Assembly: GCF_000315625.1 (NCBI RefSeq)
Contig: NW_005434653.1
Span: 157,939-221,938 of the forward strand
DNA from: Guillardia theta CCMP2712
Taxonomy: Eukaryota; Protista; Cryptophyta
Direction of reading: 5' to 3'
DNA length: 64,000 bases
A program made the position numbers and the translations under genes. Below the pieces are notes generated by a model, which did no database searches, was not told the origin of the DNA, and was given only the letters and a program-made list of their open reading frames with translations. Numbering within the stretch: position 1 is the stretch's first letter; every line of letters starts with the position of its first letter. Positions 30,677 through 49,209 of this stretch are shown piece after piece.

Positions 30677-33600
30677 ATGGTCAGTTTCAGAAGAATTTGC
30701 GCATGGGAGCTCCTGGTGGTACTATTGACCACATCGTCTGTGTATGCGGGCATTGCAGTCACATCGCAGTGCTCTCTTCAACAATGCATGCCTCTGGTGG
30801 TGGATGTTCACGTGCGCGCCTTCTTTAGACTCAGGGGAGGGCAAGAACCTAGCACGGATCCTGGGAATGTCACCTTGCCAGCGGTAGAGGCTGTTGAGGA
30901 TCCTTTGATTCATGCCTGGGGGGGAGAAGGACATGGCGCATTCGGCGGCAATCAGGACGACGATTTGAAATGGGAGGATGGCTTCAAGAGATTCTTGGAG
31001 TACAAGAAAGCGCTACCCAGCGGTCGGAGGAAGAGGCGGATGAGGCAGTTTCCTTCCAAGGGAACTCCTCTGAGGCAGTGGATTGATCAACAGAGGAGAC
31101 TGTACAAGCATGGAGAGCTGGAGGAAAGTAGGCAGAGGTGAAGTTGATACCTTGTCTGCGGGAGGGAAGTGACTTAACCTGAACAACACTAGGCGACTAA
31201 ATGATGCTGGGTTGGACTTAGCTTCAAAGGTTCCAGAATAGAATATTCTTTCTTTCTTTCTTTTTTTTTTTGACATGCCGCATAACAGGGGAAGCTTAGA
31301 GAAGTGGATTGGGAATCGATGTATCAGCGCCTTCGTGGCATGTATCTGCGACTAGGCCATTGTCGTTTGCCGAGAGATTCTCATGATTTGCTGTTAGCGC
31401 AATGGTCAGATTCACAGAGAACCAAGGTTGAAACAGCACACCTTATCTGGTCATTCGCACGCTCTCTGACTCAATCTCTTTAGTTCATCAAAGGCGTACT
31501 TTCAGCAGAAAAGCAACATCTTCTAGAGAACATAGGTTTTCCTTGGTACTCGGAGTGGTATGAGATGTTTAATCAGGTGGGCACTTGAAAGCACTTTATG
31601 CCACGTCCCTAACTTTTGCATGCAGGCGTGTTTCTTGTACCAGCACAAAGGGGTGATAGACTTATCCGAGCGGACTGTCAGGTTCATAATGCCATTCTGC
31701 ATGTTTCGATTTTGCCAATCCTGAAAATCGTGCAGACCGGATGATAGCCGGGTGGCTTACTGGCTCCGCACACAAGGAAATCTGAAACTTGTGAGGATCC
31801 TACCAGCTGATGGCTGACATCTGACACCAAACAATCGTCAGGAGGGATTTCTAGGGGGCCAGAAAAAGAGGCTTTTCGATTCGTTGCATTTTCAAGATTT
31901 TGCTAGCACCGTTCTTGACAATGACATCACCCGTGATGACTCTGTGTTGATTTGGAATCCAAGGTGTGTTGTGAGTTGCAGCTGAATCGCAAAGTGGTGA
32001 ACTCTTGCCAGGTTTGAACACCTTGTTCTATTCAAACAGATACACGGACATTGCAATGTCACTGGAGTGTTTGGGGAATATCCAGAAATGGAACTAAACA
32101 CGAACTACACAGCCATGAACGCTTCTTCTTCTTCGTCGTCGTCTTCTTTTCCTCCTCCTTTTTCTACTTCTTCTCCTACTTCTTCTGCGTTCACGATGCG
32201 AGGCAAAGAGGCTCTAGTGCAGTGGTTTGTGCAGCAGGTGAAGGATAAAACTCTCTTGTGACGTGCACCGTAAGGAGTTAATGACGGTTCTCCAGATCGA
32301 CAAGGCTCGTCGGAATAAAATCACCCCGCTGCGCAGAACGCGGTTGGAAGAACTTGGGGTCTATCTGGAGACCGACGTGTCTATCGCCAGCCATACGGAA
32401 TGGACTCAGAGGATCGAAGAGCTGCGCAATTTCAGGAAACAACATGGTCATTGCAGGTGACTTGTGCCACGTGTCAAAACGGCGTGAGGAGTGAGCTTGT
32501 GTCTGTGCAGCGTTCCAGTCAACTACGATAGAAATCCGGCTCTAGCTCGGTCCTTCCTGTTGCCGCTCTTTCGCTTGTTTTTGTTGATGTTGAAGGGCAG
32601 GTGGGTACATACACAACGAATGCGAAGAAGGAAAGGCAAAATGAGCGCATCAAGGGCAAAGCAGGCGCGAGCAAAGGATTCGAATGAGGATTGAGTCCTG
32701 ACTGAAAGTTTGTACAACAGCTGGAGAGAATGGGGTTTTCGTTCGAAGGACGTTCACAGTGGGAGAAGAGATATTTGGAGTTGATTGCCTTCAGAGACAG
32801 GTAACATGAAACTTGACATGGAGGCAATCGCGTTGATGGTTGGCTAAGATATGGTCACTGCTCTCCATCTCAACTGGGTCATTTTCGGAAGCTGGGAGTC
32901 TGGGTTGCTGTCCAGGTGAGGCTGCGTGTGTTGTGGATGCAAGTGGTGGAAGGGTGGGGGAGGAGGAGAGGTTGGCACAAGGGATGGGAGGCAGAGGAGT
33001 CCACATTGAAACTCGTCTCATGGTTTTGCAACTCAGAGGGTCAAGAGTCGCAAGGGGCAGCTGCGAGAGTCTCGGAAGCAGAAGCTGGATGCCATTGGTA
33101 GCCGCATGCCTCTCGATGACGAGGGTCCTGACGTTGCGCAAGGGTTTCGCTGGGAGCTCCACACAGACTGGGAGACGAGGGTCTTTCAGCTGAGGACCTT
33201 CCGGGAGAAACACGTGCTCCTCCTCCTCCTCCTCGCGTCTCGATACTGACGGAGCCGTCCAGGGCCACTGTAACGTCCCACAGCAGCTCCGTGACGATAA
33301 CGATTGCGACATGTAGATCGTTAAGCCCTCACGTGCAGTCGATGTGCTTACTTTGTCTGGGCAGTGATCGCTCGTTGGGAACATGGGTCACGATGCAGCG
33401 CATGAAGCGGCGAGCTGGGAAACTCACGCAGGACCAGATCGACGAACTAGATGCTCTTGGCTTTAGGTCAGTCTCGTTGGCTCGCCCTAGCTGGCTCGCT
33501 GCTTCCCCCCCCCCCCCTTTCCCTCCCTGTCCTGGAAGCTGTGCTGGATGGTTGTTGGTGCTTGCGATGACTCTGCATCTGCTCAGATGGGGGATTCACA

Positions 33601-34201
33601 CGGACTGGGAGCTCAGATTTCAGGTGACTTCTCCTCCTGCGGCTTATCTGTCTCTACCAGCATCCCTCCCTCCTTTCCTGTCTCCCTCCCTCCCTCCCTC
33701 CCTCCCTCCCCTCCCCTCCCCTCCCCTCCCTCCCTCCCCTTTGTCCCCGCGTCATGCTAGTCTCACAGTGTCTCCAGGAGCTTCTCAGCTTCCGCCATCA
33801 GCATGGTCACTGCAACGTCCCGCAGAAGTACAAGGACAACCCTTCGCTAGGGGCGTGGGTTGCCCAGCAGCGCCGGCGGTTCATTTTCTCACCTCGTGGC
33901 CTCGTGCTCTCTGACGACCGCTACAGGTTCAAGCACATGACGCTGACGTGGGACAAAGTCAAGAGGATGGAGAAGGCCGGGATAGAGTGGCAGCTGAGAA
34001 GAGGTGCGCGGCGCCGATCCCGGATAGTTCCTGCTGACTGAAGGAGCAGGGAGGCACGCCAATGGAGGGTGGATCGGAGAAGATTCGTCGACCCCGTCGA
34101 ACCTGTCACCAGAGGAGATCGCGGAGAAGAAGCCCACGGAACTGAAGCCAGATGCTGAGCTCAACGTTGAAGAGCCAGCCCAGCACTCGTCTGCTGTGTG
34201 A
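30677..34201 (+). CDS. Protein with 8 tandem helicase-associated (HA) domains behind a signal peptide + LRGG presequence
   Basis: Repeated W-x-x-R-x-x-x-L-x-x-F-R-x-x-HGHC-x-VP...L-x-x-WV-x-x-QR...L-x-x-x-GF-x-W units, e.g. DWELRFQELLSFRHQHGHCNVPQKYKDNPSLGAWVAQQRRR. Introns are mostly short. Stop at 34199-34201. Confidence 0.85.
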
Positions 34202-34808
34202 AAAACATCTGTAATGTATTATTGTGATCAAGTGAAAAGTTCAATGTTAAGAGATTCATAAATTAAAGCTCGCTGCGGTGAAGTGGCCGGTCAGGAAATG
34301 GAGGGAGAGGCAATATATACCTCCATCCCATCCGTATGGATAGATTCTTGTCAGTTTACACTCCCATACGAGTCTCTTCAAGAGAGAAGGATTGAAGAAG
34401 GAAGTGTTCTCATCAGGAATGGAGGAGGGAGGCAGTAAGGCCAGACTCTGAGGAGAGCAGCCGAGGCACAAGATGCAGCTGACCAGAACGAGCAAGTGCC
34501 GGGGTCAGAGGAGAGCAGAGTTCCTCTCCTCTCTGTCTGCGTCACGGTAGCAGGGGAGGGAGAGGAAAGAGGTTCAGGAAGGGGGCGGTCAGGCTGATGA
34601 ACCCCTACCCCTTCTCCCCCATGGTAAATAATTTTCGTACCCCACCCCTACTTTTTGAAAGTCCTTTATCACTACCCCTTATTTAACTGAGAAGTACCCC
34701 TATTTTAACACAGTGCTTCCTCTACACGATATCCAGAGGTCTTTTGAAGTACCCTACCCCCTGGGCCATACGGCCCTGCGCTAGTAGCTTTCGCGCCACC
34801 TTTTCGCC

Positions 34809-36555
34809 ATGGCGGGGAGACTGGTGAAGGAGCGTCTCATAGGGAACGGATCCTTTGGCGTCGTCTTCCAGGTGGGCAGAGAGAGGGAGAGGAGGGAGGA
34901 AGAGGAAGAAGAGCGCGAAGTAGCGTCCTGCAACTTCAATGTTGAAAAAGTCTTGCGCTTGCTACAGTGCTTTGATTTCCGATTCATTCTCGAAATTCTA
35001 ACGCGTGTGAACAAGTCGATTCGTCTGTCCCTCTCACTGTTGAAACACACAACTTCTTTTCTCATCGCAGAAAGCTCACCAAGAATTCCTTGTTAGGCCA
35101 CCGACAAGGAGAGTGGGGACACGGTGGCTGTCAAGAAAGTCCTGCAGGACAGACGATTTAAGAACAGAGAGCTGGAGATCATGCGACTGCTGCGACATGT
35201 GAATGTGGTGGAGCTGAAAGATTGCTTCTACACCAACGGAGAGAGACCGGACGAGGTGATTCCTCTCTTTGCGAAAGTATCTGAGAGCTTCTGACAACGT
35301 GGCGTTGAAGATATATTTGAATCTCATGCTGGAATTCATCCCTGAAACCATCTATAAAGTCATACGACAGTACGGCGCGTCTGCGACCAAAGTCCCTCCT
35401 ATCCTCGCCAAGTTGTACATGTATCAGGTAGCTTGCACTCTGTCACTGTTGGAGTTTGACCCTTTGATTCTTTCAGGTAGCGAGATCTCTGGCTTACATT
35501 CATTCCCTTGGCGTATGCCACAGAGACATCAAACCTCAAAACCTCCTCTTGGATCCAACCACACATGCAGTCAAACTCTGTGATTTTGGAAGCGCAAAGA
35601 TTCTTGTTCAAGGTTGGGAATGTTTTCAAGAGTTGGTACCAACCCACTGCCGCAGGGGAGAATAACATTGCATACATTTGCTCACGGTACTATCGCGCGC
35701 CTGAGCTGATATTTGGTTGTTCCAACTACTCTACGGTGATAGATGTCTGGTACACGATGTTGTTTCCGAGGAGAATGCTGTTTGAGAGGTCGTGCAGGTC
35801 ATACGGGTGTGTGTTTGCAGAGCTGTTCCTGGGGCAGCCTCTCTTTCCTGGAGAGAACAATATCGACCAGGTGGAGCAAAGCTCTAGCTGCTCCTGAAAT
35901 CTGTCTTGATGTGTTTTCTTCTTTGTAGATGGTTGAGATCATTAAGATCTTGGGAACGCCGACAAGAGAAGAAATCTGTAACATGAATCGGAACCTTGGT
36001 AGGCCATCGTCGCTATTGGTGCGGGTTCGGTTACTGACGAGGAGAGCAGCGGAGTTCAAATTTCCTCTTGTCTTGCAGCATTCATGGGTCAAAGGTAAGA
36101 TGTTGACACTTGTTCTTTTATCCGTTGAAACCATTCTCACTTTCTTTTTGCCGTCAGTGTTTCGTGACAAGGCACCTTCTGATTGCGTTGACCTCATGAG
36201 CAAACTCCTGCTGTATGACCCGAGGAAGCGTTACTCGCCCATGCAGGTCGTAGGAGCCTCTGCTCGCATGTTTCTGAGTTCCTCTCCTTGTCATGTTTCT
36301 GACTTCCTCTCCTTGTCAGGCATGCGCTCATGATTGTTTCGACGATCTTCGAGAAGGCTCGTCCCTGCTCCCCGACGGGCGTCCGATCCCTGCCAGGTGA
36401 GACCTCGCGGGCTGCTTGTGCTTCTCATGCTTGCTCGCAGAATTCTCTTCAACTTCACGCCCGAGGAGATTCGAATAGCAGGAGAGCTCTACCCCAAGCT
36501 CTGCCCGCGACAAGCTTCAGAGCAGGAGACAAGGGGGAGGGGCATCGGGCTTTAA
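34809..36555 (+). CDS. GSK3: Glycogen synthase kinase 3 / shaggy-like kinase
   Basis: [73 protein letters not shown]. Confidence 0.95.
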
Positions 36556-36724
36556 CTTGAAACTTTTACTGGACTCTTTCAATATGTACAACAGACACAC
36601 CCAAGAGCCTCTGCAGTCAAAAACTTTCGTTAGCAGGGCTCCTGACTTACAAACTTGACTTCTCTTGGAATTCTCAAACGTTTAAATTGCATCTTCTGTC
36701 TTGCAACGTTCCTCTTCATACCCT

Positions 36725-37345
36725 TCATTTCTTCTTTGCACGCCCCTCCTTCAAGACAGGGTTGGCGTGTGTCTTGGTTGTGTTCAACACAGCGATGGAG
36801 GCATTGCGAGCCAGGGAGGAGGCTGTCTTCTCACGATGATGTTGCTCCTTGGAGCTCTTCAGCACCCGTTCCACTTCCTCCTCCGGCGTCAGCTTGCTGC
36901 GGGGCTTGCGAGCAGGATGGGAGTGCAACCACTTTTCGCTCACCTTGGAGGCTGCCAGAGCTGCCTTGTGGGCCTCCTCCTCCACCTTCGCCTTCCGGTC
37001 CTCCACCTTCTTGTCTAGCTCGATCTCCTCGGCGGTTTCTAGCGCAGCTTCTTTGAGGTACCTCAGCTCTCTCTCCATCTTCTCATGCAGCAGAGCCTTC
37101 AACTCCTTGTCGTAGCCAGGGTTCTTGTTCTTACCCAGCAGAGCAGAGGTTTTCTCCTCAGCCCCACTGTCCCGCAGGGCCAACAGCAGCACCGCTGAGA
37201 CGAGCATCGCTCCCAACAACGTCACGGCGGCCAATCTCGCCATGTTCCATGGCCGCATTCCGTCGCACTTCTTCATGCCGGCAAGGTAAGCTTGATCCAC
37301 CAGCGCGTTGTAAGCTGATCCGTCCTCCATCGCAGACTTGCTCAT
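36725..37345 (-). CDS. Small type II membrane protein with coiled-coil C-terminus; function unknown
   Basis: Open frame with TM segment LAAVTLLGAMLVSAVLLLAL followed by a K/E/A-rich helix. Start is 37345 or 37243. Confidence 0.6.
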   Translation of the reverse strand: MSKSAMEDGSAYNALVDQAYLAGMKKCDGMRPWNMARLAAVTLLGAMLVSAVLLLALRDSGAEEKTSALLGKNKNPGYDKELKALLHEKMERELRYLKEAALETAEEIELDKKVEDRKAKVEEEAHKAALAASKVSEKWLHSHPARKPRSKLTPEEEVERVLKSSKEQHHREKTASSLARNASIAVLNTTKTHANPVLKEGRAKKK

Positions 37346-38561
37346 CTCGCGCAGCTCTCTGCCATTCAAGGAAGGAAACACCCGCGATACCTGAGCCCAC
37401 AAACACGCCTGACATGGTTGAATGTCAGAAAGAGCATTAGAGCACATCGTTCCTTGTATGGATGGTCTTTCATATTCATGCAGCGGCTGGTGATTCATAC
37501 TTCACCCTATGCTCGTCCTCCTGGCCTCACATAGACATTCATACGACAGGGGTCAAACTTTACATGGCGATGTCACACGGGAACGGAACAAAAGTTCTTC
37601 ACAGTTCCATCTACAACGCAGGTGAAGCGCTCGCTATGATACAACACATCAGGACGAGGAGAACGATAAGTCCATCTGAAGCGTGTTGACAAGTAGGAGG
37701 AGGAGCCAGAAGGGCATGTAGTCAATGACAAGCTATACTCCATCCTCCGTCCTGATCCGTCATCCTCACTCGCACCAAATTCCTCTTATACCATCGGCTC
37801 CTTCCCTCTTCCTCTCTGCCTCATTTCCTCCTTCCTTCTTCTATCCCTTCCTTCCTCCCTGTCCTTCCCCCTCTCTCCCTCCTCCCCTCTGCCACTGCCT
37901 CTCCCTCCTTCGCCTTCGTTTGTCCTTCCATACCGGCTTCGTCACAACCACCCCCACCCTGTGCAAATTCTGCCCTCCACCTCTATCACCATGTCAACTT
38001 CCAAAGTACCCGTCCATACATCTATACACAAGAATTTTCTACGAATAATTTGTACCAGATTTTTATCACCTACCCCTATCTTACAGACATCTGCTGTGTA
38101 TACCCCCTCCCAATATACCCCTACCCCCCTTCTTGGAGTGGATATCTATTTCCGATCCTCCATGGCAGCTGGTAAGTTGGGACTCGAAGTTCGTCCCTGC
38201 TGCTCCTCCCTCCTCCTCCTCATCCTCATCCTCCTCCCTCCCTCCTCCCTCCTCCCTCCTCCCTCCTCCCTCCTCCTCCTCCCCTCCTTCCTTCACACAA
38301 CACTTTCTCTTCGTTGACATGCTTCTCGTTCGTTCTCCATGCTCTATATTGGCTCACGCCGCTTGTTGAAACCGCAACAATCTTTACAAAACTACCATGT
38401 CCTCCTGGTGCCTGTTGTTGCATGCGATCCCTCGGCCTCTCGACCCTTGTCACGCTTCATCTTCTCTGCTCTCATTCTCCACCCCAACATTTCGTCTTCA
38501 CATCCTTGTCCCATGACACTGGGTTCCAGGATACGATTTTCTTCCTGCCGAAGAGGGGAGG

Positions 38562-44417
<5,856 letters not shown>

Positions 44418-44499
44418 GAGGGTTGACTTTTCTGTTCTTGTTCGCTTGCTGACTTGCAACGCAGGTTGTGAAGACAGGACCACCGACACGGACTTGCTT

Positions 44500-47162
44500 C
44501 CTGTACATACTCATAGATGCTGGTCCTGCCTGTTTCTGGATCGTTTTCCTAGCATCTCAGTTTTCTTTTCTTTGCCTGTATTGTAAGATTCTCCTCCCTC
44601 TCCTTCTCGATAATTTAGAGCTCATGCCCACGTGCTTGGCTGTATCTTGCAGTCTGTCCCGAATAAACAAGTCAACCCGTCCTGCAGCGTCCCGTCAGTG
44701 ACCGTCCCCTCCCTTGCCGCCTCCGCTGCTCTCGTCTGCCTCTACCCCGCTCTCCTTTCCTCTCTCGTCTGATACCTGACATAGCGGGAGGATTACGCAG
44801 AGGTTGTTCTGCTCCATCGATTCGCTCACAGGGTTATAAATTTTCTCCTGTCCCACACGCTCAGTCACTTCACGTGTCTCCTCCTCCTCCTCCTCTTCCT
44901 TCTCCTCCCCCTTTCCTCCTCCTTCCTCCTCGCCTTCCTTCCACCACCACCCACACCACCACCACCACCTCCTACCTGCACAGGCAACGACGCCACGTAC
45001 TCGAGCGGCGCCTTCACCTCCTTCATCTTTCTCAGCCCCGAGCTCTGCGGCACCACGAGCTGGACCAGCTGCCCTGCCATCGTTCGCTTCATCGTCAGCA
45101 CCAGCTGCTGCATGCTGCTGATCCACGTCGCCCGATCGATCCACGGATGCGCCCCCGTCCCCACGCACTGCGGCATCGAGCAGTATAGCCTCCCGTTCCC
45201 GTCATACGCGCAGAGGCCCGACAGGCCCGGGCCGCAAGGCTGGCTGGGGCGGTTGAGGGCAGGATCACAGAAAGCGTAGAGGGAGACAGGGGTAGTCGAA
45301 GCACAGCCCTCAGAGACCTGCAGTCCCTTCAGCTCCTCCTGCCCGTTCCCCTGGCCCCTCGACTCACCAGCCCTGACCATGAAGAGCCCGCGAAGTCAGG
45401 GAGAGAGATGGTGACGTTCTCTCCTCCTGCAATCGTCCGACGCGGCACAAACGACAAGCTGATCTGAACATTATCCTGCCCCTGCATGATTGTCACGCGG
45501 AGATCAGTGGGCACAATCCTGCACCTTCCCCTGACCTCTCACACCCATGTATCATCGCCTCCCTGACTAGAGCTCTGCCTCCCTCCTCTTCCATGCTTCG
45601 TCTCTCATCCTCACCGTATTGATCTTGTACGAGAGCTGAACGGGGGCCACAAGCTCGGGGTTGGTGAGGTGAATGTCGAGGGGAGTGAGGAGGAAATTGC
45701 GCGAGACCTGACTCATGTCTTCTCCCCATCGGACAGCATAGCTGACTCCCAGGCGTAGCAAATGCCCGGGCGTCAGGCTGGTCGGGCTGTAGCCTGCCAA
45801 GAGCCTCAGCGGAATGGACAGGTGGTGATGGGAGGGGCCACCAGGAAGGTTGGGGTTGGCATGGTACAAGGTCAGCCAGTCCTTCTGGAAGACAGCAGCG
45901 ATCTTCTCCTGTTGAAGCTCGTCAGACAAGGAGGAGAGCGACGGACGACGGTGTTACCAGTGAGTCTCCAGGCTGGACGTAATGACGGCACTTGTCGATC
46001 TGAAGTCATCGAGAGGGTCAGGAGACGGCAGCATGGGAGCACAAGGCTGACCAGGATGCCAACGCATAGCAAGAGGGTCTGACCATTCGAAGCGACCGCA
46101 GTCTTGCTCAGGGAGGCCCTGAAACACATACGGACCGGAGCAGCAGACCTTATTGGTGGGGTCATAATCAAGCAGGCGAGAAACTTTCTAACCTGTCCAA
46201 TGCCGATGGAGTCCAGGAGAATCTCCACACTTGTGGGCGGTCAAGAGGAGAAGAACTTTCAAGGGCCTTGCAGAGACGATCAGAAGAAGAGGAATGAGTA
46301 GGAGTACAAACGCACCCATGAACTGCTCTGAGGTAGACCAGAGCTAACAACCATCCACTTTAGAATTTTTCAAGCTCAAAGTACAGGGTGCATACCTTGT
46401 CATCGGACTGCTCATTCCAGGGACAACAGTCAGCAAAGGAAGTGGTCCTGGTGCGCAATATTGCAAACACTTGCAATCTCCAGTGCAGTTCTCTTGACAA
46501 GCACAGGCCGATCCCTGCTCAATCACCGAGCACTGAGACTGGTTGACAATGTAGTCGCAACTTCGCGTGCCCACGTGTCAGATCAGGAGCAGCCAAGTGC
46601 AAGCAACTCACCCTCCTATCACCGACGTGTTCACCGCAAACCTCAGGTTGATCGCCTGGCCCGCATACGCCGTTGCAACCGAACCATTCGACGGAGTTGG
46701 GTCCACAAGGAGAGGAACGAAGCCTTTGATCTTGACAGTAGCGCATGTCTCGATAGGATTGTACAGGGAGGTGTTGTAGTTCGGGATAGTCGTCTCCGAG
46801 CACACATAGTAAACCTGCCCCGGAACATACTTGCTCCCGTCCATCATCAGCCAGCCGTTGATGAATTGGGAGAACTCAGGCTGGCCTGTCCTTTCTGTGA
46901 TGGCAAACTGAAGGCTGTTAGAGAAGCTGCTGAGGACAAGCACCGAGTACAGGCGGATAATCAGAACACCTCCCTGTGGGAGATCGAACTCATGGTTGTT
47001 CGGATACTGCAGGTCCTGCCCTACAGTGCCAATCACTGGGGCTGCGTATTCGCTGCAGTTCTGGTGCATGTAGTTGTAGATTTCACCAGGACTTGAGCAC
47101 AGCTGAATAGCCGCGCTGTTTGTTATGTACAGTAATGCAAGTATTGATACAAGTAGCTTCAT
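44500..47162 (-). CDS. Secreted/cell-surface cysteine-rich protein of unknown function (multi-exon; 3' end uncertain)
   Basis: Signal peptide MKLLVSILALLYITNSAA. Cys clusters CSVIEQGSACACQENCTGDCKCLQYC and QPCGPGLSGLCAY. Beta-rich segment ISLSFVPRRTIAGGENVTISLPDF. Confidence 0.65.
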
Positions 47163-49209
47163 GCTGCAAGAGCTCTGAGAACGCTCAGGTTAATCTGAAA
47201 CAGTGCTGTTCCGTTACAAAGAGACTCTGATGTGCTAGTATCAGGTTATCAGGGGCCTCGGGCTGTGAGAGGTCTCCTCTTCCCTGTCGTCGGATCTTCT
47301 TCTTCACTCCAACTGCAAGCTGATAGCCTGTCTTTGAAAACTTTGCATTGATATCTCGTGATATCTCTCCTAAACAAAATTCCTGGCGGCGATCCTTTGG
47401 AGTCCAGACACAGACAGTCCTCAAGAGGAAGAGACCTGCCTATGATCCTCTGTCCTTGTTCTTCCCTCCGCACCCTCCTCCTCTCTGTGTCTCTCCCTCT
47501 CCCTCTCTTCTCCCTCCTCCTTCCCTGTTATGGCGCCGTCGTATACGCAGCCATGGCAGCTGCGACTGAAGAGGCGTGAGGGTTGAGCGGGGATGTGGAT
47601 TACCAAAATTGGGTATGAGGGGGATGCAAAATCTGGGAATGTGCGGGGATGTGGACATCACATTGGGCGAAAGGGGCAGAGAGGGGAGTAGGGCAGCACT
47701 GTAGTATGTGGGACATGGGGGATGAGGGGTCCATGAAACAAAACCACCCCACCCCACCTCCTGGATCTGAACCTGATGACCACCCCCCTCATATCCTCCC
47801 ACCCTCTTGGGTGTCAGCACAGAATTTCTTATCACTACGATGCTGACAGTAGTAAACTGGTAAATATGCTTTTTTCTTCAAACAATGTTTTTAAAGATCG
47901 GCGTGCCTAGTGGGAGAAAAGAGTGTAAATAATCATAAGGAGGGGTGGGGTAGATAGATTAAAAACACTCGTGACCCGGGGGTCATTGAAAACATTTTCA
48001 AAGTATATGGTGGGGGTACTTGATCTATGCCGATGGATTTGCTCAATATTTCAGGTACAAACTCATATCCTCTCAAAACTACCCTACCACTGCTGTTCTT
48101 CGAGACCTACCCTACATACCTGAGGTCAGCAATCATATAAGTAATATATAAAATCATCATTGAGTCGAAAACCATGGCGCTTCGCTGATTCATAAAATAA
48201 CTTTTAGTGTTTCGACCATCTTCCCCTTATACCCCACCCCCACACCCCCTCCCCACTGCGCGATTACTGCTCTCCAAATTCCTCCAAGTACCCCTCCAAT
48301 TTGAAGTACCCCACATATTATGTCTCGGCAATACCACAACCCCACCATCTAGACTAGTGATCTCGAGATTCACGTCTAAAAGAGATGACCCCTACCAGTC
48401 GACCCATTCCCCCTATGATACTCTACCTCACCCTACCCAGAGGGCCAATTTTAAACCTCTTACAATACCCTACCCCCTTTGATCCCAATTTCACCCCCAC
48501 CCCCAAGTCAAAATGACCAGTTCCTCTACCCCCGTCACTTTCACATGTACCTGAAAGTAACTGCGAGTACCCCTCGAGGTCCTGGTTATGACCCCCGTTC
48601 CGACAACAAGACAGGGTTCTCGGAGGAGGAACACTTGTACCCTACCCCTTTAGCTTAGTTCACCCTACCCCTCTAGCGGTGTCAATTGCACTTGCAAGGA
48701 CCTTCGATTTAACTGTGCACCCCACCCCCATCACCCTGGTTTTTCTCTTTGACCTCTTTCTACCCTTCAAAGGGGGGTAGTAAGACCCACCCCCACCCCC
48801 AGTATGACCGAAAGAAAGTGAGGCGGACTCACTCAACGTGGCCGCGGAGCCGTCGCATGCTTGCGGTTCAAGGTAGCGCCATAAGGCGGCGTGCCTGTGC
48901 TTCACCCACCACTCTCCTCCTCTCCCTGTCGAATCTTCCGCACTTCCATTATCTTCATCGCGTGTTCATCCCTGATCGCTGCTTTCTCTGTATGATACTC
49001 GCTGGATGGGATGGATGATTTGCTGCCCCCTCCCCCATCCTCATGGATATGTTGCCAGGCAACAATGCTACGTGTTGTGTAGACTTCTCATTCTTGTGCA
49101 TCCTTTCGAGATGATTCTTCTTGATACGAATTGCCAGGAGGTCCGGGCTTGCGAATCGTACCTTGAAAGGGGTTACCGTTCCTTGGTGTCACATTGTTGG
49201 ATCCTTGCC

